Assembly (NCBI RefSeq): GCF_036321535.1
Contig: NC_087436.1
Span: 29,762,001 to 29,826,000, forward strand
Source: Camelus dromedarius
Lineage: Eukaryota
Length of the DNA: 64,000 bases
Direction: 5' to 3'
Below, piece after piece: positions 40,939 through 53,350 of the stretch. Each line of letters begins with the position of its first letter. Within the stretch, counting starts at the first letter, position 1. The position numbers and the translations under genes were made by a program. The notes beneath the pieces were generated by a model. That model saw only the letters and a program-made list of their open reading frames with translations, had not been told where the DNA came from and searched no databases.

Positions 40939-42233
40939 TGCCTATATAGGTAAATCTTACAGATTCTCAAAACTGAATAAAAGAGAAAATGCATTTCATG
41001 TGTGTGCCTGGTAATTTAAATGATTATGAATTAAATTGGCAATATTTGGATTTGTGCACAGAATATCAGTTTGCCTCTGAATAAAAACTTCTATATGAAT
41101 TCATTTTTAAAATAAAAATATTTTTCTAAAAAGAGGATTCTTGAAATAAGGAAATTAAAGTAATTTATAATTTAATTCCATATTTTAGGTCCATATAATG
41201 TAATTAAAGAAATACATATTTCATTATTAAGTAAAAAATCAAGATAGAATGTATAGTCAAAATTACTTATTTTAAAATTAATATATTAAACAAATAAGAT
41301 CTAAGAGCAGAAATGAATGAACATTTTTGAATATGTAAAAATTATTTTCTGGGTGTTTCTGGACCATGTTTTAGCAGAGCAGGAGCTCACTACTGACCCA
41401 CCTCCTACTTGAACAATATGCTAACGTGATCTGCAAGTGGGTTGTAATTTCACCCAAAACATATTACAATAAGGAATGCATTTACTCTGACAGGGTTTGA
41501 CCTACATATGAATTTGTAAAAGAGACAATCATTGTCCTTCTTGAACTTAATAAGTGTCTTTCTGAATTCACATGCATACTTACCTGACCAATCCTCCTTA
41601 CTCTCTATTTCAAGTTATCTGGTAAAATTAATTTTAAATATAATTGATGGGTTGTATGTTCTAAATAAATGTGTATGTTACAAATGCAAATGCATTTATG
41701 TATTTTACAGCTATGCAGTTTCAATAACTGACTTATTTCTATCTGCTTTTTATTCACTTTTTAAAATTAGGCTACTGATGCATATTAGAATTTAATTACA
41801 CCAATTAGTACTGCCACATCAGACATATGATGTGCCTTCAATTAAGAAGTACCTAATGGGTATTAGTACAATTTAGCTTCATAATTAAAGTTCTAAGAAC
41901 AGCACAAATTAAACATTATGATTACAAAACATTAAAAATCTACTAGGAAAATTAAAGCTGAATATTTCAGCTTCTCCTTTTTGGTTGATTTTTAAAAAGA
42001 AATTCAAGATTATATAAAACACAGTATTAATATTATTGAAAAATTCTTAACTAAAGAGAGAAAGTTATGCATACACGTAAATACGTATGTGCATATATAA
42101 TGATTAAATATTTAAGAAAGTATGAAACCTAACATCCATGTCATCCGATGGACGTTAAAGGTTATCATTTCGGGGTTTTGTTTTGTTTGGTTGGCTTCTG
42201 GTTTTCCTTTTTTATACAGAAATATTTGGTTTC

Positions 42234-42645
42234 TGTGGCAGCCACTTAGAATTCCTGCTTCAGGGAACATAGATGACAGGCAGCCCCAGCTGCTACCCAT
42301 ATGATTGTATGACTGATTGCACTGAGGCCCTGTTGACTAGGCTGTTCTGGGACAACGGAGAGGGTCCCAGTTCCCGAAACATTCTTAGGAATATTGGGAT
42401 TCTTCCTGCAGAAGACTTGAGTTGAAGACTCCTCTTTGGTCTGGCCAAACCTAACTAAAACGGGGCTGTAGGCTGAGAATCTTTTGTCCCAATTCCTTCC
42501 TTCACCCTCTCCTTCCGTAAGGATCAGAACCGCATTGCTACACTTAATACATGCTTCCTCTCCTTAATGCTTAACAGGAATTTCCCCTCATGAATCTTTT
42601 GTGCAGCTAATAAATTCTTGGTTTCATAAAATGTGACCTAATAAT
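42234..42645 (+). mobile_element. ERVL LTR16-like LTR
   Basis: tgtggcagccac...gacaggcagccccagctgct...ttttgtcccaattccttccttc. Confidence 0.55.
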
Positions 42646-43334
42646 CTATCTGATATGAAACATATACATGTATATATTTGATAACGTCTGTTATAATTAG
42701 AATACTTATTTTTCTAGAGGGAGAGAATTTTTAAAAACTAAGAATATTTTCCTATTTGGATTATTTTGAATTTTTTTCGAAAGAAATAGAATACTATAGT
42801 AAATTCCAAATTGCCTACAAATAGGTAATAGCAATTCAGAGAAACTCTAGTACTGTATTCAAAATTAAGATTATGGTAATTTTTATCTTCCTACTTGCTA
42901 GGAATTATATTTAGGGTAAAAATACATTTTCTCCACAACGTATATAACAAAAATGAATGTAGATTACATTAAGACACTAATCTCATCACCTCCACTAATT
43001 TGTGAAAAATAGTATCAAAATGATAGACTGTATATTTTAGCATTATCTTAATCCTAATAGAAATCCTATAAAATTATCATACTTTATTACAGATAAGAAA
43101 CTGTGTTAAATAGAGTTTTGAGTGCCAGTTGAAGCACTATTTTCTTGAGTCCATGTCTACATGTACACTTATCGGGAGCACTTTACTTGGTGGTTATGCA
43201 TACATACGTATTATATATGTTTGTATATGTCATGAAAATTGTCTGTAGAATTTTAATGACTTGGGTAGAAAAAAACTGTGGAAAGTATACAGAGGCACCA
43301 TTTTTTTTTTCATTAATTTATTTAGCTCCCCAAA

Positions 43335-43530
43335 TTATAGCCCACAAGGCAATGCTACCTTTACCAAATGTTTTAAATAAAGCTTTTTTAGAACACAGGC
43401 ACATTCATTTTTCTAGGCCTGCTTTGGGGCTAAAACAGTAAAAATAAGTAGTTGCAAGAGATAGTATGGCTCCTGAAGCCTAAAACATTTTCTATTTGGC
43501 ACTTTACAGAAAAAGTCTGCCCATCTCTTA
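43335..43530 (-). mobile_element. MER58A (hAT-Charlie)
   Basis: aaataaagcttttttagaacacaggcaca...aagcctaaaacattttctatttggcactttacagaaaaagtctgcc. Confidence 0.7.
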
Positions 43531-43697
43531 CCAGCTTCAGAAAACAGACAACATAGACAATGATGATCAGGTACTAAAATAAAGCACAGCTCTTAAAACT
43601 AAAAACCCAGGTAAACTGGGCCAAAATGAATTGGTTGCTCGTAACAGAAAATTTTTGCTGAGAAAAAATAAAACTGTAAATCAATAAATAATGTTAC

Positions 43698-43999
43698 CTT
43701 TTGCTTTCAGGAAGTTCTTGCAGATCAATTTATCTGAAGCAACATTCTGCTCACCTAGGTAGGTAAACGGCTCCCTTAACAAACAATGACTTAGCAGAAC
43801 TTACTTCCCGACCTTCGCCTCGTTCTATATAGCAGTCCTCTTCCTAAAGATACAAGTTCTCCGGTTAAGGAGCTGGGACCCGCGTGGTGCCCGGCACCCG
43901 AAGCAGAACCGAGGGGCCCCGCGCTCACCTGCAGCCCGGGGTTCTCGGACCCGCTTCCCTCCTGGAGACGCAGCCTGGCTGAAGCCCCGCGTCTTCCGT
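43698..43999 (-). pseudogene. Three closely spaced 5' exons (43929-43999, 43805-43843, 43698-43733) with 85- and 71-nt introns
   Basis: Donors CAG|gtgagc, GAA|gtaagt, AAG|gtaaca; acceptors tatctttag|, ttgcttcag|; (T)EDAGLQPGCVSRREAGPRTPGCRKRTAI*NEAKVGK*IDLQELPESK. Confidence 0.55.
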
Positions 44000-45860
44000 G
44001 TTCTAGACGGAAGCCCCGCCCGCGCTGCCCGGGCTTGAGGGGGTCTGCACCTTGGGCTCCGGGGCAGGACTCTCTTCGCTCCTCTGCCGGTGTCTGCGCC
44101 TCTGGGCGTGCAGCCCTCCAACCGGGGACGCGGTGCCGGGAGAACTCTCCAGAAGGGCAGGCGCCCGAGGCCAGGGCTGGCTGCCGCCGCGGACACGCCC
44201 GCGCCGCTCTTCCCGCCTCTCCTCCCGGCGGGCGCGGGCGGGGGATCCGGGCGGGCTGGTAGGAAAGGGCTCCGCCGGTTGCCTCACGTTTTTTTGGCCT
44301 CATTTTTTTCTTTTTTGAATCAGGTCGATAGAATCTGCTTTCTCCTGGTTACTGAGATGTTTCCTCGTTCGTCTCGGCGCCCAGTTCCTCCCTCCTCCGT
44401 GTGTTGACCCGGCTGCCCGCCTGGCCGCCCGCTTCGCTCCCCTGAGGAAACGCCCGCCTCGACCTCCCGCTTGCGAGAGTTTCCTGAAGCCGCGCGGCGG
44501 CGAAGGGCCAGGTGCCCTGGCCTTGCAGCTCCTTCCTCGCCAGGAGCTGGAGCAGCAGCTCAGGGCAGAGAAAATAAACTTCCAGAAGGCTCTCAAGTTC
44601 TGCCAGAAGCTCCTGTGGAAGGAGAAGCGAAACAAAGTTAGCCTTGCTGGATGCAGGCCAGAGCAGAGGGTCGGGCCAAGGTGTCCCCTGGGTCAGGGGG
44701 GCGCTTCGGGCTGACTCTGCCGGCCCCTCAGGCTCCGAGTGAAGGCCATGTTGTCCAAACTGAAAGGTCAGCTGGAAGAAATGAGGTGCAAGCTGCAGTT
44801 CCTCGGACTTGTCACGCAGCAGCGGCAGGTAAGGCCCCCTGCATTTCTACCCGCCTTCCTCCTACGGCCTGGTAGTCGCCGAGCTTCCTCCTGTTTAAAC
44901 CTTAGAAAGCAGTCTATGTAAAAACGTACCCTGACTTTTCCGAAGCCACCCCCGGGGCCAGGGGCAGGTGCCTGGGCAGCAGGTCAACCAGGCCGCGGTG
45001 GCTCGCTGCCCCAGGTCATGTATGAGGAGCCATGGGGCCTGGAGCCCGGAGCCGAGTGACCTGCTCGTGATTTTGAACGTCTTGCTGCCCTCTGCGACTC
45101 GCAGGACTTCAGCCCCCTAGACGACCTCCATCTACAGTGTCAGCAAGTTCCCGCCACCGGCTGGCAGAGGAAGGCCAGGGACCCCGCAGCCCAGGTGCAG
45201 CCCAGGCCGAGGGAGGAAGCAGGCCTGGGGGTCCCTGTGCCCCGCAGGTTTTGGAGACAAAAGGGAGAAAGAAACAAAGAAAGAAATAGGCCCCTGGGGG
45301 CAAAAAGGTCGGAAAGTCTCACCTTCCTTCATCTGAGACAGGCTTGCACCAGAGCTGTAAGTTCCCTTGGGTTGGCTGCCACTGGCTGAGTAGCCTCAGA
45401 GCTGCGGGCCCTTCGGACACTCACCTGTGGACCTGGGCTTCTTGTACACCTTCCGGTGCTTCTGCACACTCCAGACTTCCTGCACTTCCTCCTCGACCGC
45501 GTCAGCAGCACTCTGTCCAGGTATGGCTGTGAGCCTGACAAGGACGAGGGCAGAGCCTGGCTAGTAATGGCCAAGGCAGGGACGGGTGGGTAGATGGGTC
45601 AGCGCCAGGCCCGTTTACTGGGGAAGGGCAACTGAGGGAGGGTGTGTCCCGCTGGCCTCAGCTTCTTTCTGGAGCGCACCCAAAGCCCGCAGGAGAGGTC
45701 AGTGAGGAAAGGACATGGTGGGAGTGGAGAGAAGGCGACAGGCTCCACCTTGCAACCGCGGCCCCCTCTCTTCTGCTCCCAGGCCGGGAGCTGAAGTGCT
45801 CCTTGAAGACAGTCACATTCAGAGCCCTTGTCTTGGCGGTGTGACCCTGGGCAGGCGTCT
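43810..45860. promoter_or_regulatory. CpG island / probable bidirectional promoter (CpG-densest ~43870-44520)
   Basis: Abrupt GC/CpG-rich block in an AT-rich background; GC box ccccgccc at ~44014; inverted ETS-like cores cttccgt (43993-43999) and acggaag (44007-44013); exon chains diverge on both strands. Confidence 0.85.
44544..45059 (+). pseudogene. Compact coiled-coil-like gene remnant (exons 44544-44636, 44732-44828, 45015-~45059), frameshifted
   Basis: ctccttcctcgccag|ELEQQLRAEKINFQKALKFCQKLLWKEKRNK|gttagc; ctgac...cccctcag|(g)LRVKAMLSKLKGQLEEMRCKLQFLGLVTQQRQ|gtaagg; gctgccccag|VMYEEPWGLEPGAE*; the middle exon is 97 nt, giving a phase mismatch. Confidence 0.5.
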
Positions 45861-47877
45861 GCCCTCTCGTTACACCGTGATCTTGAAAGGTGTAATGCTA
45901 AAGTAAAATAATTGATAGGGCCGAGCTGAAAGATAAGGTTTAACAATTACTTGCCTCTATGATCAACTCCCCTCCACGTGTCTACTCTTCATATACACAA
46001 CTCCCTTTCAGAGCTAACATCTGAAAAAGGGACTGTAAAAATGCATTCATTTGTCCGTTATTTATTTACTTAAACAAAGTGTTAATCACAAACTTTAAGT
46101 AGGCTTTGTTCCATGTGCTGATGAATAGGCAAGACAGGTTCTCTGGTTTACAGATTGTGTAAATACTAATCTGACTGAACTAGCATTAATTTGAAAGGCA
46201 GCAGAGGGTAAATCATGCTGAGAAGGTAATTCAGGAGAGTATGAGAAACAACCCGCTAGACTAGACTAGAAGACTTTACCAAAACCAAATAAAGTAGAAT
46301 GATTCTCAGTACAAATTTCTTTACAGCTTTCCTCCGGTGTTTCTTGACTTCTATACATTCTTAATGATAAAGGGTATAAATGTAACTATAAGATCTTTTA
46401 GATCATCTAGGTCCTTAATCACAATTTGTGAAATGGAATCAACTTCCTTGTTGAAGGTTATTCTAATAAAGTCTTTGGATCTAATTTTGACATACTCTTT
46501 CAGTCTGCTACATAATGATCAACACAGAATTCATTTTCTTTTTACTTCTGGATTTGTTCTGTTTCTTGGATGACATAAATTAACTTTTTATCTCAAATTT
46601 TCATTTTGCTGAAGAACATCTCAAATATTTTTTTTCCAGAAAGGAGTCTGGGAATTAACTTTTGTTACTTTAATTATTAATGACAGTTTATTTATTAGTT
46701 AAATGCATTACCCATTGCTTTGCTTCCTTATAGGACTCTAGCAAAGGAGAATTCCTCTATACCTGTAAAGAAACTGTCTTACTGTCAACTGGTATCTAAT
46801 GTTGCCAATGAGAGGTCTGATACAATATAATATTTTTCCTGTTTAGGTAACTTTTTCCCCTCCCCTTGGTAATCTTTCTACTTATTTTAAATATCACCAG
46901 GGTGTGTTAAGGTAAGGATATTAGCACTCAATGAAAGCTTTTATTTGATGGCTTATAAATGTGTCTAATGCAGGAGATTTTTCTTCTTTTATTTATTTAG
47001 CATTTGCAACCCTACATACACTTTATTCTTTCTGTGTCCAGACTCATGTTATATGAATGTTGAACCATCTGGACTTATCCTCCAATTAGTCTAAAACGTC
47101 ATGATTAAGTTAACATGGAACGACCACTCTGGCTGCTTTTCGGAGAAAAGAATTACGTGGTAGCAAGTGCAGACGTGGATAGAACCTTTGAGTGAATATT
47201 GCATGCATAGGATGGGAGGAAATGGTGTCCTGTTTTAGGATGAATAGCGATAATTAGATAAATGGTAAGAGTAGTAAATCTCTTGGGAATCAGTTTGTTG
47301 ACTAGATGACTTTGAAAAAGAGGACAACTGTGGCAAATTCTGTCTCTGTCAGGTTTTACCCACAAGGGTGATTTGCTTTGTCTGGGTTCCTTCAAGATCT
47401 TCACTAACAGTGTTTGCTAAAAAAAGTTTTCCCTTGTGGCTTTCACACTTACAAGTTTCTTCCTACTTTTGCAGGTGTGCTCTCTGAAATGGCTTTATGG
47501 ATAAGCTTTCTTCACTGATGCTTTTTATTCCTGATGGTTTTTGGTTTGTTATTTTTTTATTAAGTAAAAGCACTATTAAGATTTTACTTACCAGTCTTTC
47601 AGTTTCATGTTTGAGACTCTATTTGTGGATAAACAATGCCTGTTACCAGGTCAGGTGCTGCTGTCTAAATACAGCCTATTGAATAAGCAACCCTGCACAA
47701 GTTCTTTTCTTCCCACGGCCCATGGTGTTTTCCACATACCCGTTGATTTAAGATTAATCGTCTTTTCATGAGATTATTGATAGAATGAGGTAAGTCACTT
47801 AGATCTTTCTTTGCATTGCATGAAATATGTCGGTCCCACTTAGTTATTTTCCAGTTGTGTCCTTTAAAAAAAAAAGA

Positions 47878-48004
47878 TGTTTATTTTTTAATTTGAGGGG
47901 GTGTAATTAGGTTTTATTTATTTGTTTATTTTTAATGGAGGTTTGAACCCAGGACCTTGTGCATGCTAGGCATACACTCTACCACTGAGCTATACCCATC
48001 CCCT
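47878..48004 (-). mobile_element. Camelid tRNA-derived SINE (Vic-1-like), second copy
   Basis: Reverse complement gggggatgggtatagctcagtggtagagtgtatgcctagcatgcacaaggtcctgggttcaaacctcca; similar to 24135-24283; imperfect TSD tccttta(a/c)aa(a/c)aaaagat. Confidence 0.85.
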
Positions 48005-49540
48005 CTAAATCTCCTTTACAACAAAAGATTTCTCACTTTGCTGAAGGGATTTGTGAGAGAAATTTGTAACCTGCAGGCACTTTATTTCACCATTTCACCT
48101 TTTCCCACTCTTTCCAGAATTACTTAAATTTCCAGAAAGGAACTGGGGATACAGATTAGGAGTAGATTCAAAAAGGACTGGAAAGAGAAGGAAACAAGAT
48201 CCAGAAACAGACTGTCTGGATCCCAAAATAGACTTTTAACCACGTTATTATGCATCGATTAAGAAAACAGGGAAATTCTAAGCACCAAATACAAAGTATA
48301 ACTGCATCTGTGTGGCAGAGAATGAATGAAAAATAGCTGCAAAATTATTGATACTGTTCCTGTTTCTAAATTGGATTGTGTGCTCACATGCATTCATTCT
48401 GTTAGTGTCTCGTAAGTTAGGTATTTTAATCAAATATTAAATAATTGAAATACAATGTAATGAAATAAGATTAGATAACTAGGAACACATTACAACCAAA
48501 AACAAAAAGTGAAGTGAATACAGGCAGGATTTTATATGGCCTGACCTTTCACTATGTGACTAAATATATTTTAGTCCAGGAGATCACAAAACTCACACAT
48601 TTTTAGGCCCAAAAGAATGTAACAGAATAAATTAATTGTAAATAAGAGTTTCTTGAAGCCAATGATAATATCACATAGTAAAAAATAAAATAAAATTAGA
48701 AGTCTAAAATGTATAAAAATGAAAATAGTTAAGCACATAGAATTGATTTAAGTTGAATATCTTTTGGTCACTAGACATTTTAAATTTTTGTAAAGTTTAG
48801 AACTATGTGGATTATTATTATTATTCATTATTAAGCACACTAAAATTTTACTTTAATAATTTTTAAACTTTATTTGTATAATAACAGTTATGATGGAGGG
48901 AGATATAAAACAAAAATAAAATTTCAGGTGAATAGTGAGTGTGTAAGTGAGCAGTATGCATTGATCCCTTATTTTTTAAATCATACTGTTTTTATATATG
49001 TATATACAATTCAGGTTATAGAGATCCTGAGATATGGTGCATATTGTACTTGTATAAGCTTAATATTGATGTTAAGGATAACAAAGAAAATATATTGTAC
49101 AATTAAAAATATAAATAAACACATCAGTCTATGTAATTACTCATTAGATACAACATCTGTATGAATCTTTGCTGCCTTGAAGTAACTCCCTATGAGAATT
49201 TAGACTTAATCTTATTTGATCACATGGTCAGAAAGTCTTTGGTTCTGATCAGATATAGTGCTATAGACACTGTAGGTAGACACTGTACTAACTCCTAAAA
49301 ATAAGAGATATGTATTTCCCTTTTTGGTTTTTTTATCATATTTTCAGACACATAGTAAATAATTCAATAAACTACATACAACATCACTCAAATTCAACAA
49401 TTACCATGGTTTTTCTAAACTTGCTTCATATATTTCTTTTCTATTTTTGCCAAATTATTTTAAAATAATATCCCAGCATGCCATTATGTACCTACATAAT
49501 TAAGGCTGCATTTCCAGAAAATACAGTTATTTAGTAATAC

Positions 49541-49824
49541 ATTTTTTTATTGAAGTATGGTCAGTTACAATGTGTCAATTTCTGGCATATGGCACAATGT
49601 CCCAGTCATGCATATAATATATGTATTTATTTTCATATTCTTTTTCATTAAAGGTTATTATAAGATATTGAATATAATTCCCTGTGCTATACAGAAGAAT
49701 TTTTTTAATCTGTTTTTATATATAGCGGTTAACATTTGCAAATCTCAAACTCAAAATTTATCCCTTCCTACCCTCTTTGCCCCCATAGCCATAAGATTAT
49801 TTACTATGTCTGTGAGACTGTTTC
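49541..49824 (-). mobile_element. Young 5'-truncated L1 3' end (camelid/cetartiodactyl type)
   Basis: tttttttattgaagtatggtcagttacaatgtgtcaatttctgg...aagatattgaatataattccctgtgctatacag. Confidence 0.8.
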
Positions 49825-50559
49825 TCATCTACAAAATAGTAATATATCTTTAAAAGAGAATGTTAATTTCATTTACTACAGAACTTCAAATAATGATTGT
49901 ATTTAATGAGCCATATTTACTGTGTGTGTATATATGTGTATATATTATATATGTGAGAACATGATTTGGAAAAAAAAATTGACATGAAGTCCATGCTCAA
50001 TGAAAATTGTACCTTCTCAACTAATCTACCAAATGGAAAAAAAAATTACAGCAATACTCATTTCTCTTTCCATAAGTTATCTCATGATATTTTTAGATTT
50101 TGAAACCTTCAAACTGTGCTTATTATTGATTTCAAGTACATGTTTCCTATCTCTTTTCAATCTCCTCTATAATCTAGTGCAGTGGAAAGGATAAAATAGA
50201 ACCCACGACTTATTGTAGAAATAAAAAATGTAATATCTAGTATAATAATAATACTATATTAGAAGTAGAAAATACATATTATATTATATAAAAATCATAT
50301 AATAAAAATGGAGAATCTAGTGTAGATGTCACAGGAAAGGAAAAACATAAGCACCTTGAATTGATAGATACATAATCAATTAATTGAAAGCAAAATTACT
50401 TATTTAACTTATTTTTATGTATTATTCTTTTCCTGAGCATTGAACAAAGTATGCCTTCAAAGAGCACAGTGTTTGATATGAAGATAGATCAAAAGTAATA
50501 TAAGCAAAAAAATAAAGCATGACAGTTACTACTAAATTTAAAATACAAGGAACTTTGAG

Positions 50560-53350
50560 AGATCATAGCAAACATGTACAGTGTATCTTCTACCTGTAAG
50601 AGAGTAAACAGAAACTGAACTATGTAAGTTTATGTTGCATGAGGTAGGGGCTGCAGTAATAAATGAGAGATGAAGATAAAGACATAGAATAGATAGGAGA
50701 CTAGTTCATGCAAAACTTTACAGTTAAAGAAATTCGAGCTTTTGTATGGGGCAATATAAGCCACTGGTACTTTTAATCAGGGGATTGATATGATGATATT
50801 GCACAATGTTTTCAAGACATAATTTAGCCAACATTTAAAAAATGGATCAGAGAAGTTTGACCCCGCAGGTAAGGAGGCAAGATAAAAGTCTTTAGCCGTG
50901 ATCTAAGTGAGAATAAGACGGAAGTCAAAGCTAGGTAGGCTAAGTCAAAATTGGTGACCAAGAAGGTGGTGTGTTACGGAGAGTGAAAGGTTCAAGCTTG
51001 CGTCTTGGGTATCTGGCTTAGGTAATGATAATGTGTGATGACAATGACATATGCAGTTATGTTCAGGGTCAGTGAGTAAGTTCAAGCCAGTTAAATGTGG
51101 ATGGAAGTTGCACAAGCCATTTTCAAGAGTTCCTCTCAGAAATTCCCATGACAAACATAAAAATTACAGGAGTTATTTGTTACCATAGCCCATCTTGATT
51201 AATAGCAAGTTGCTAGATTTGATGGAGAAGCATGAACAGGTTTGGCAGAGCCAGCGAAGTGAAAATCATCCATTTATGTTGAGGCATATTTATTATGACA
51301 TGTCTGTTAGATACCTGAAGTAGTGAGAGCCAAACCAAGAAAATAAAAATCATTGAGAATTTAAAACAAAGGGACTTAGTGCAGGTAATTGATGGTAAAA
51401 ACAGCTTTAAAAGAGCCAATCAAGAGATAGTGAGACAACTCAGAATTAGCAAAAGCAGGAAGGTGCTACCACTTTTACATGAAGTGACCGATAAAGAGAT
51501 TGCATTAGTAGGGCTGAGGAGAGGGGTTGCTGGTGGAAACTAGAACCACAGTGGACCTGTGCAGAAGGAGCTGGAGCCATGGAAGACATGCAGCGCTAAT
51601 GAGAGGCGACACCAAGACCCAGAGGAATTGGGAGAATACTTATATCCCCCCTTTTCTCCTATTTTTCATCTTTCCACATGTGTCTCCCGTGGTTTGATCC
51701 CACACGGAAGCCAGCTTTCAGGAAATCCTGAGATACATAACTTACAGTAATCAGGTCCTCTGTGTTATGAACTGAGCAGGGCAGAGTGAGGAATAGATTT
51801 CCGAAAAAATAGACCGATTATAATCACAACATTCAAGTGGAAGTGTAAAAAATACAATTGAATTTATGAGTGTGGAATTTGGGGTAGAGATTACAGCATG
51901 GAAATATAAATTTGTCAGTTCCACTCAGATTGAACATAAAGCCATGAGATGGAATGTGTAAGGAAGCAAGTGCAAAGAAAGATGAGGGGAGGGGGAGAAT
52001 CAAGTCCTGAGACCTAGGGCATTCCAGTATTAAAAAGTCTAGGAAAAGAGGAGAAACCAGTAAAAGAGACAGAGAGAGTTTAAAAAAACAAACAAAAAAC
52101 TAGAGAAATAATAGGAAAACCAGAATCTAAATGGAGGAGGTAGTGATAAACTCTATCAAACACTGCTAACAGATCAAGTAAGGTGAGAAAAAGAAAGAAA
52201 GAACCGTTAACAGCAGAGGAGAAGTTTAATTATTATACTGGGGCAAAAAAACTTGTATGGAGGAGATTTAAGAAAGAATGAAATAAGCAGCTTTGGAGAC
52301 AATGAGTATAAATGATTATTTTGAGGAGTTTTGATGAGAAAGGGATTAAGTTCCCTGGTGGTATCTGGCAAGGAAAACTTGATATGCAGAGGCTTTTAGT
52401 TGACTATTTGCTTTTGTTTTTTAAAATAGGAGAAATAATAGCATATATGTATGATTATGAAACAACCCAGTAAGGAGAGAATATAGATGATGTAAGAGAA
52501 AGAGAGAGAGGTATTGCTTGAAAGGGATCTGTTGTAACCAGGAGGAGTTAATGAATAAGCAAAGTGGTTGGCTTCAGAGGTTGGCATGGATATTTCCTTT
52601 CTGGTAATTGTTCTCAAGAGGGGGAAATTTTGCAAAAATTGACAATGTCTGAAGGCATTTTTGTTGTCACAATTGGTAAATGGGGGAGAAGGAGCTACTG
52701 ACTTGAAACAGAGGACAGAGATGCTGAATCATTTCCTACAATGCACAGGAAAGGTCCCACTGTCCTACTAGCTGCAACCAGCAATGCATTATCTGGCTCA
52801 ATAAGGTCAGTAGAAACAAGGTTGAGAAACACTGCTCTATGGTAATATGCAAAATGTGTAGTATGAAAGCTAAGATACCGTATTAAGTATTCAAGTGGCA
52901 TTCGGAGCCTGTGTACTTTTCCTCCCAATTGCTCTAAGTTTTTTCAGTGACATAAGAAACAAGATCATCAGCCAGCAGTGAAATTGGGGAAAAGGCATGA
53001 AAGATTTGAAATGAGAAAATAATCTATAAAACTAATCTTATATGAAAGAGAGAAAGTGATGGCTTATGGACGAATAATGGGCTTATTTGACAGCATTAAG
53101 GGCACATTTGACGTTCAAGCTCATAGTTTTAAAGAGATAAAAATCAGCATGATTCAGTTGTATGTTTTTCTCTAACTACATTCAGGTGCCTGAAAGCAAT
53201 TACCGAATTAGTGGTGACATGCATGAAACCAGGGCTTTAGTTTGGCTAAGTGAGTCATGGTTGGTAGATAAAAATTTATTTGATGACCAAAGACAGATCA
53301 AAATATTTGAAGAGCTGAATGTATCAAATAATGAAGCATATTTAAGAAAC
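50560..53350 (-). mobile_element. L2 fragments with nested MaLR-like and MER20 pieces
   Basis: Antisense L2 motifs (ccactggtacttttaatcaggggattgatatgat; aaactctatcaaacactgctaacagatcaagtaagg). Confidence 0.6.
52605..52838 (+). mobile_element. MER20 (hAT-Charlie)
   Basis: gttctcaagagggggaaattttgc...gacaatgtctgaaggcatttttgttgtcacaa...cctacaatgcacagga...aggttgagaaacactg. Confidence 0.8.

Larger units (their letters stand above)
482..43999 (-). pseudogene. Multi-exon degenerate (probably unitary) pseudogene or pseudogene-derived lncRNA of an unidentified protein; starts in the CpG island and continues beyond the left edge
   Basis: About 19 non-repeat segments, mostly bounded by polypyrimidine-AG and GT(A/G)AG-type sites on the minus strand, with phase continuity across several runs. 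All reading frames are interrupted by stops. Family not recognised. Confidence 0.65.

Noticed and set aside
43791..45946. Many overlapping 60-170-aa ORFs in the CpG island (e.g. 43791..44303 -)
   Set aside because: Pro/Gly/Arg/Ala-rich shadow ORFs on both strands, as expected from stop-poor GC-rich DNA. Only the splice-bounded helical segments were kept.
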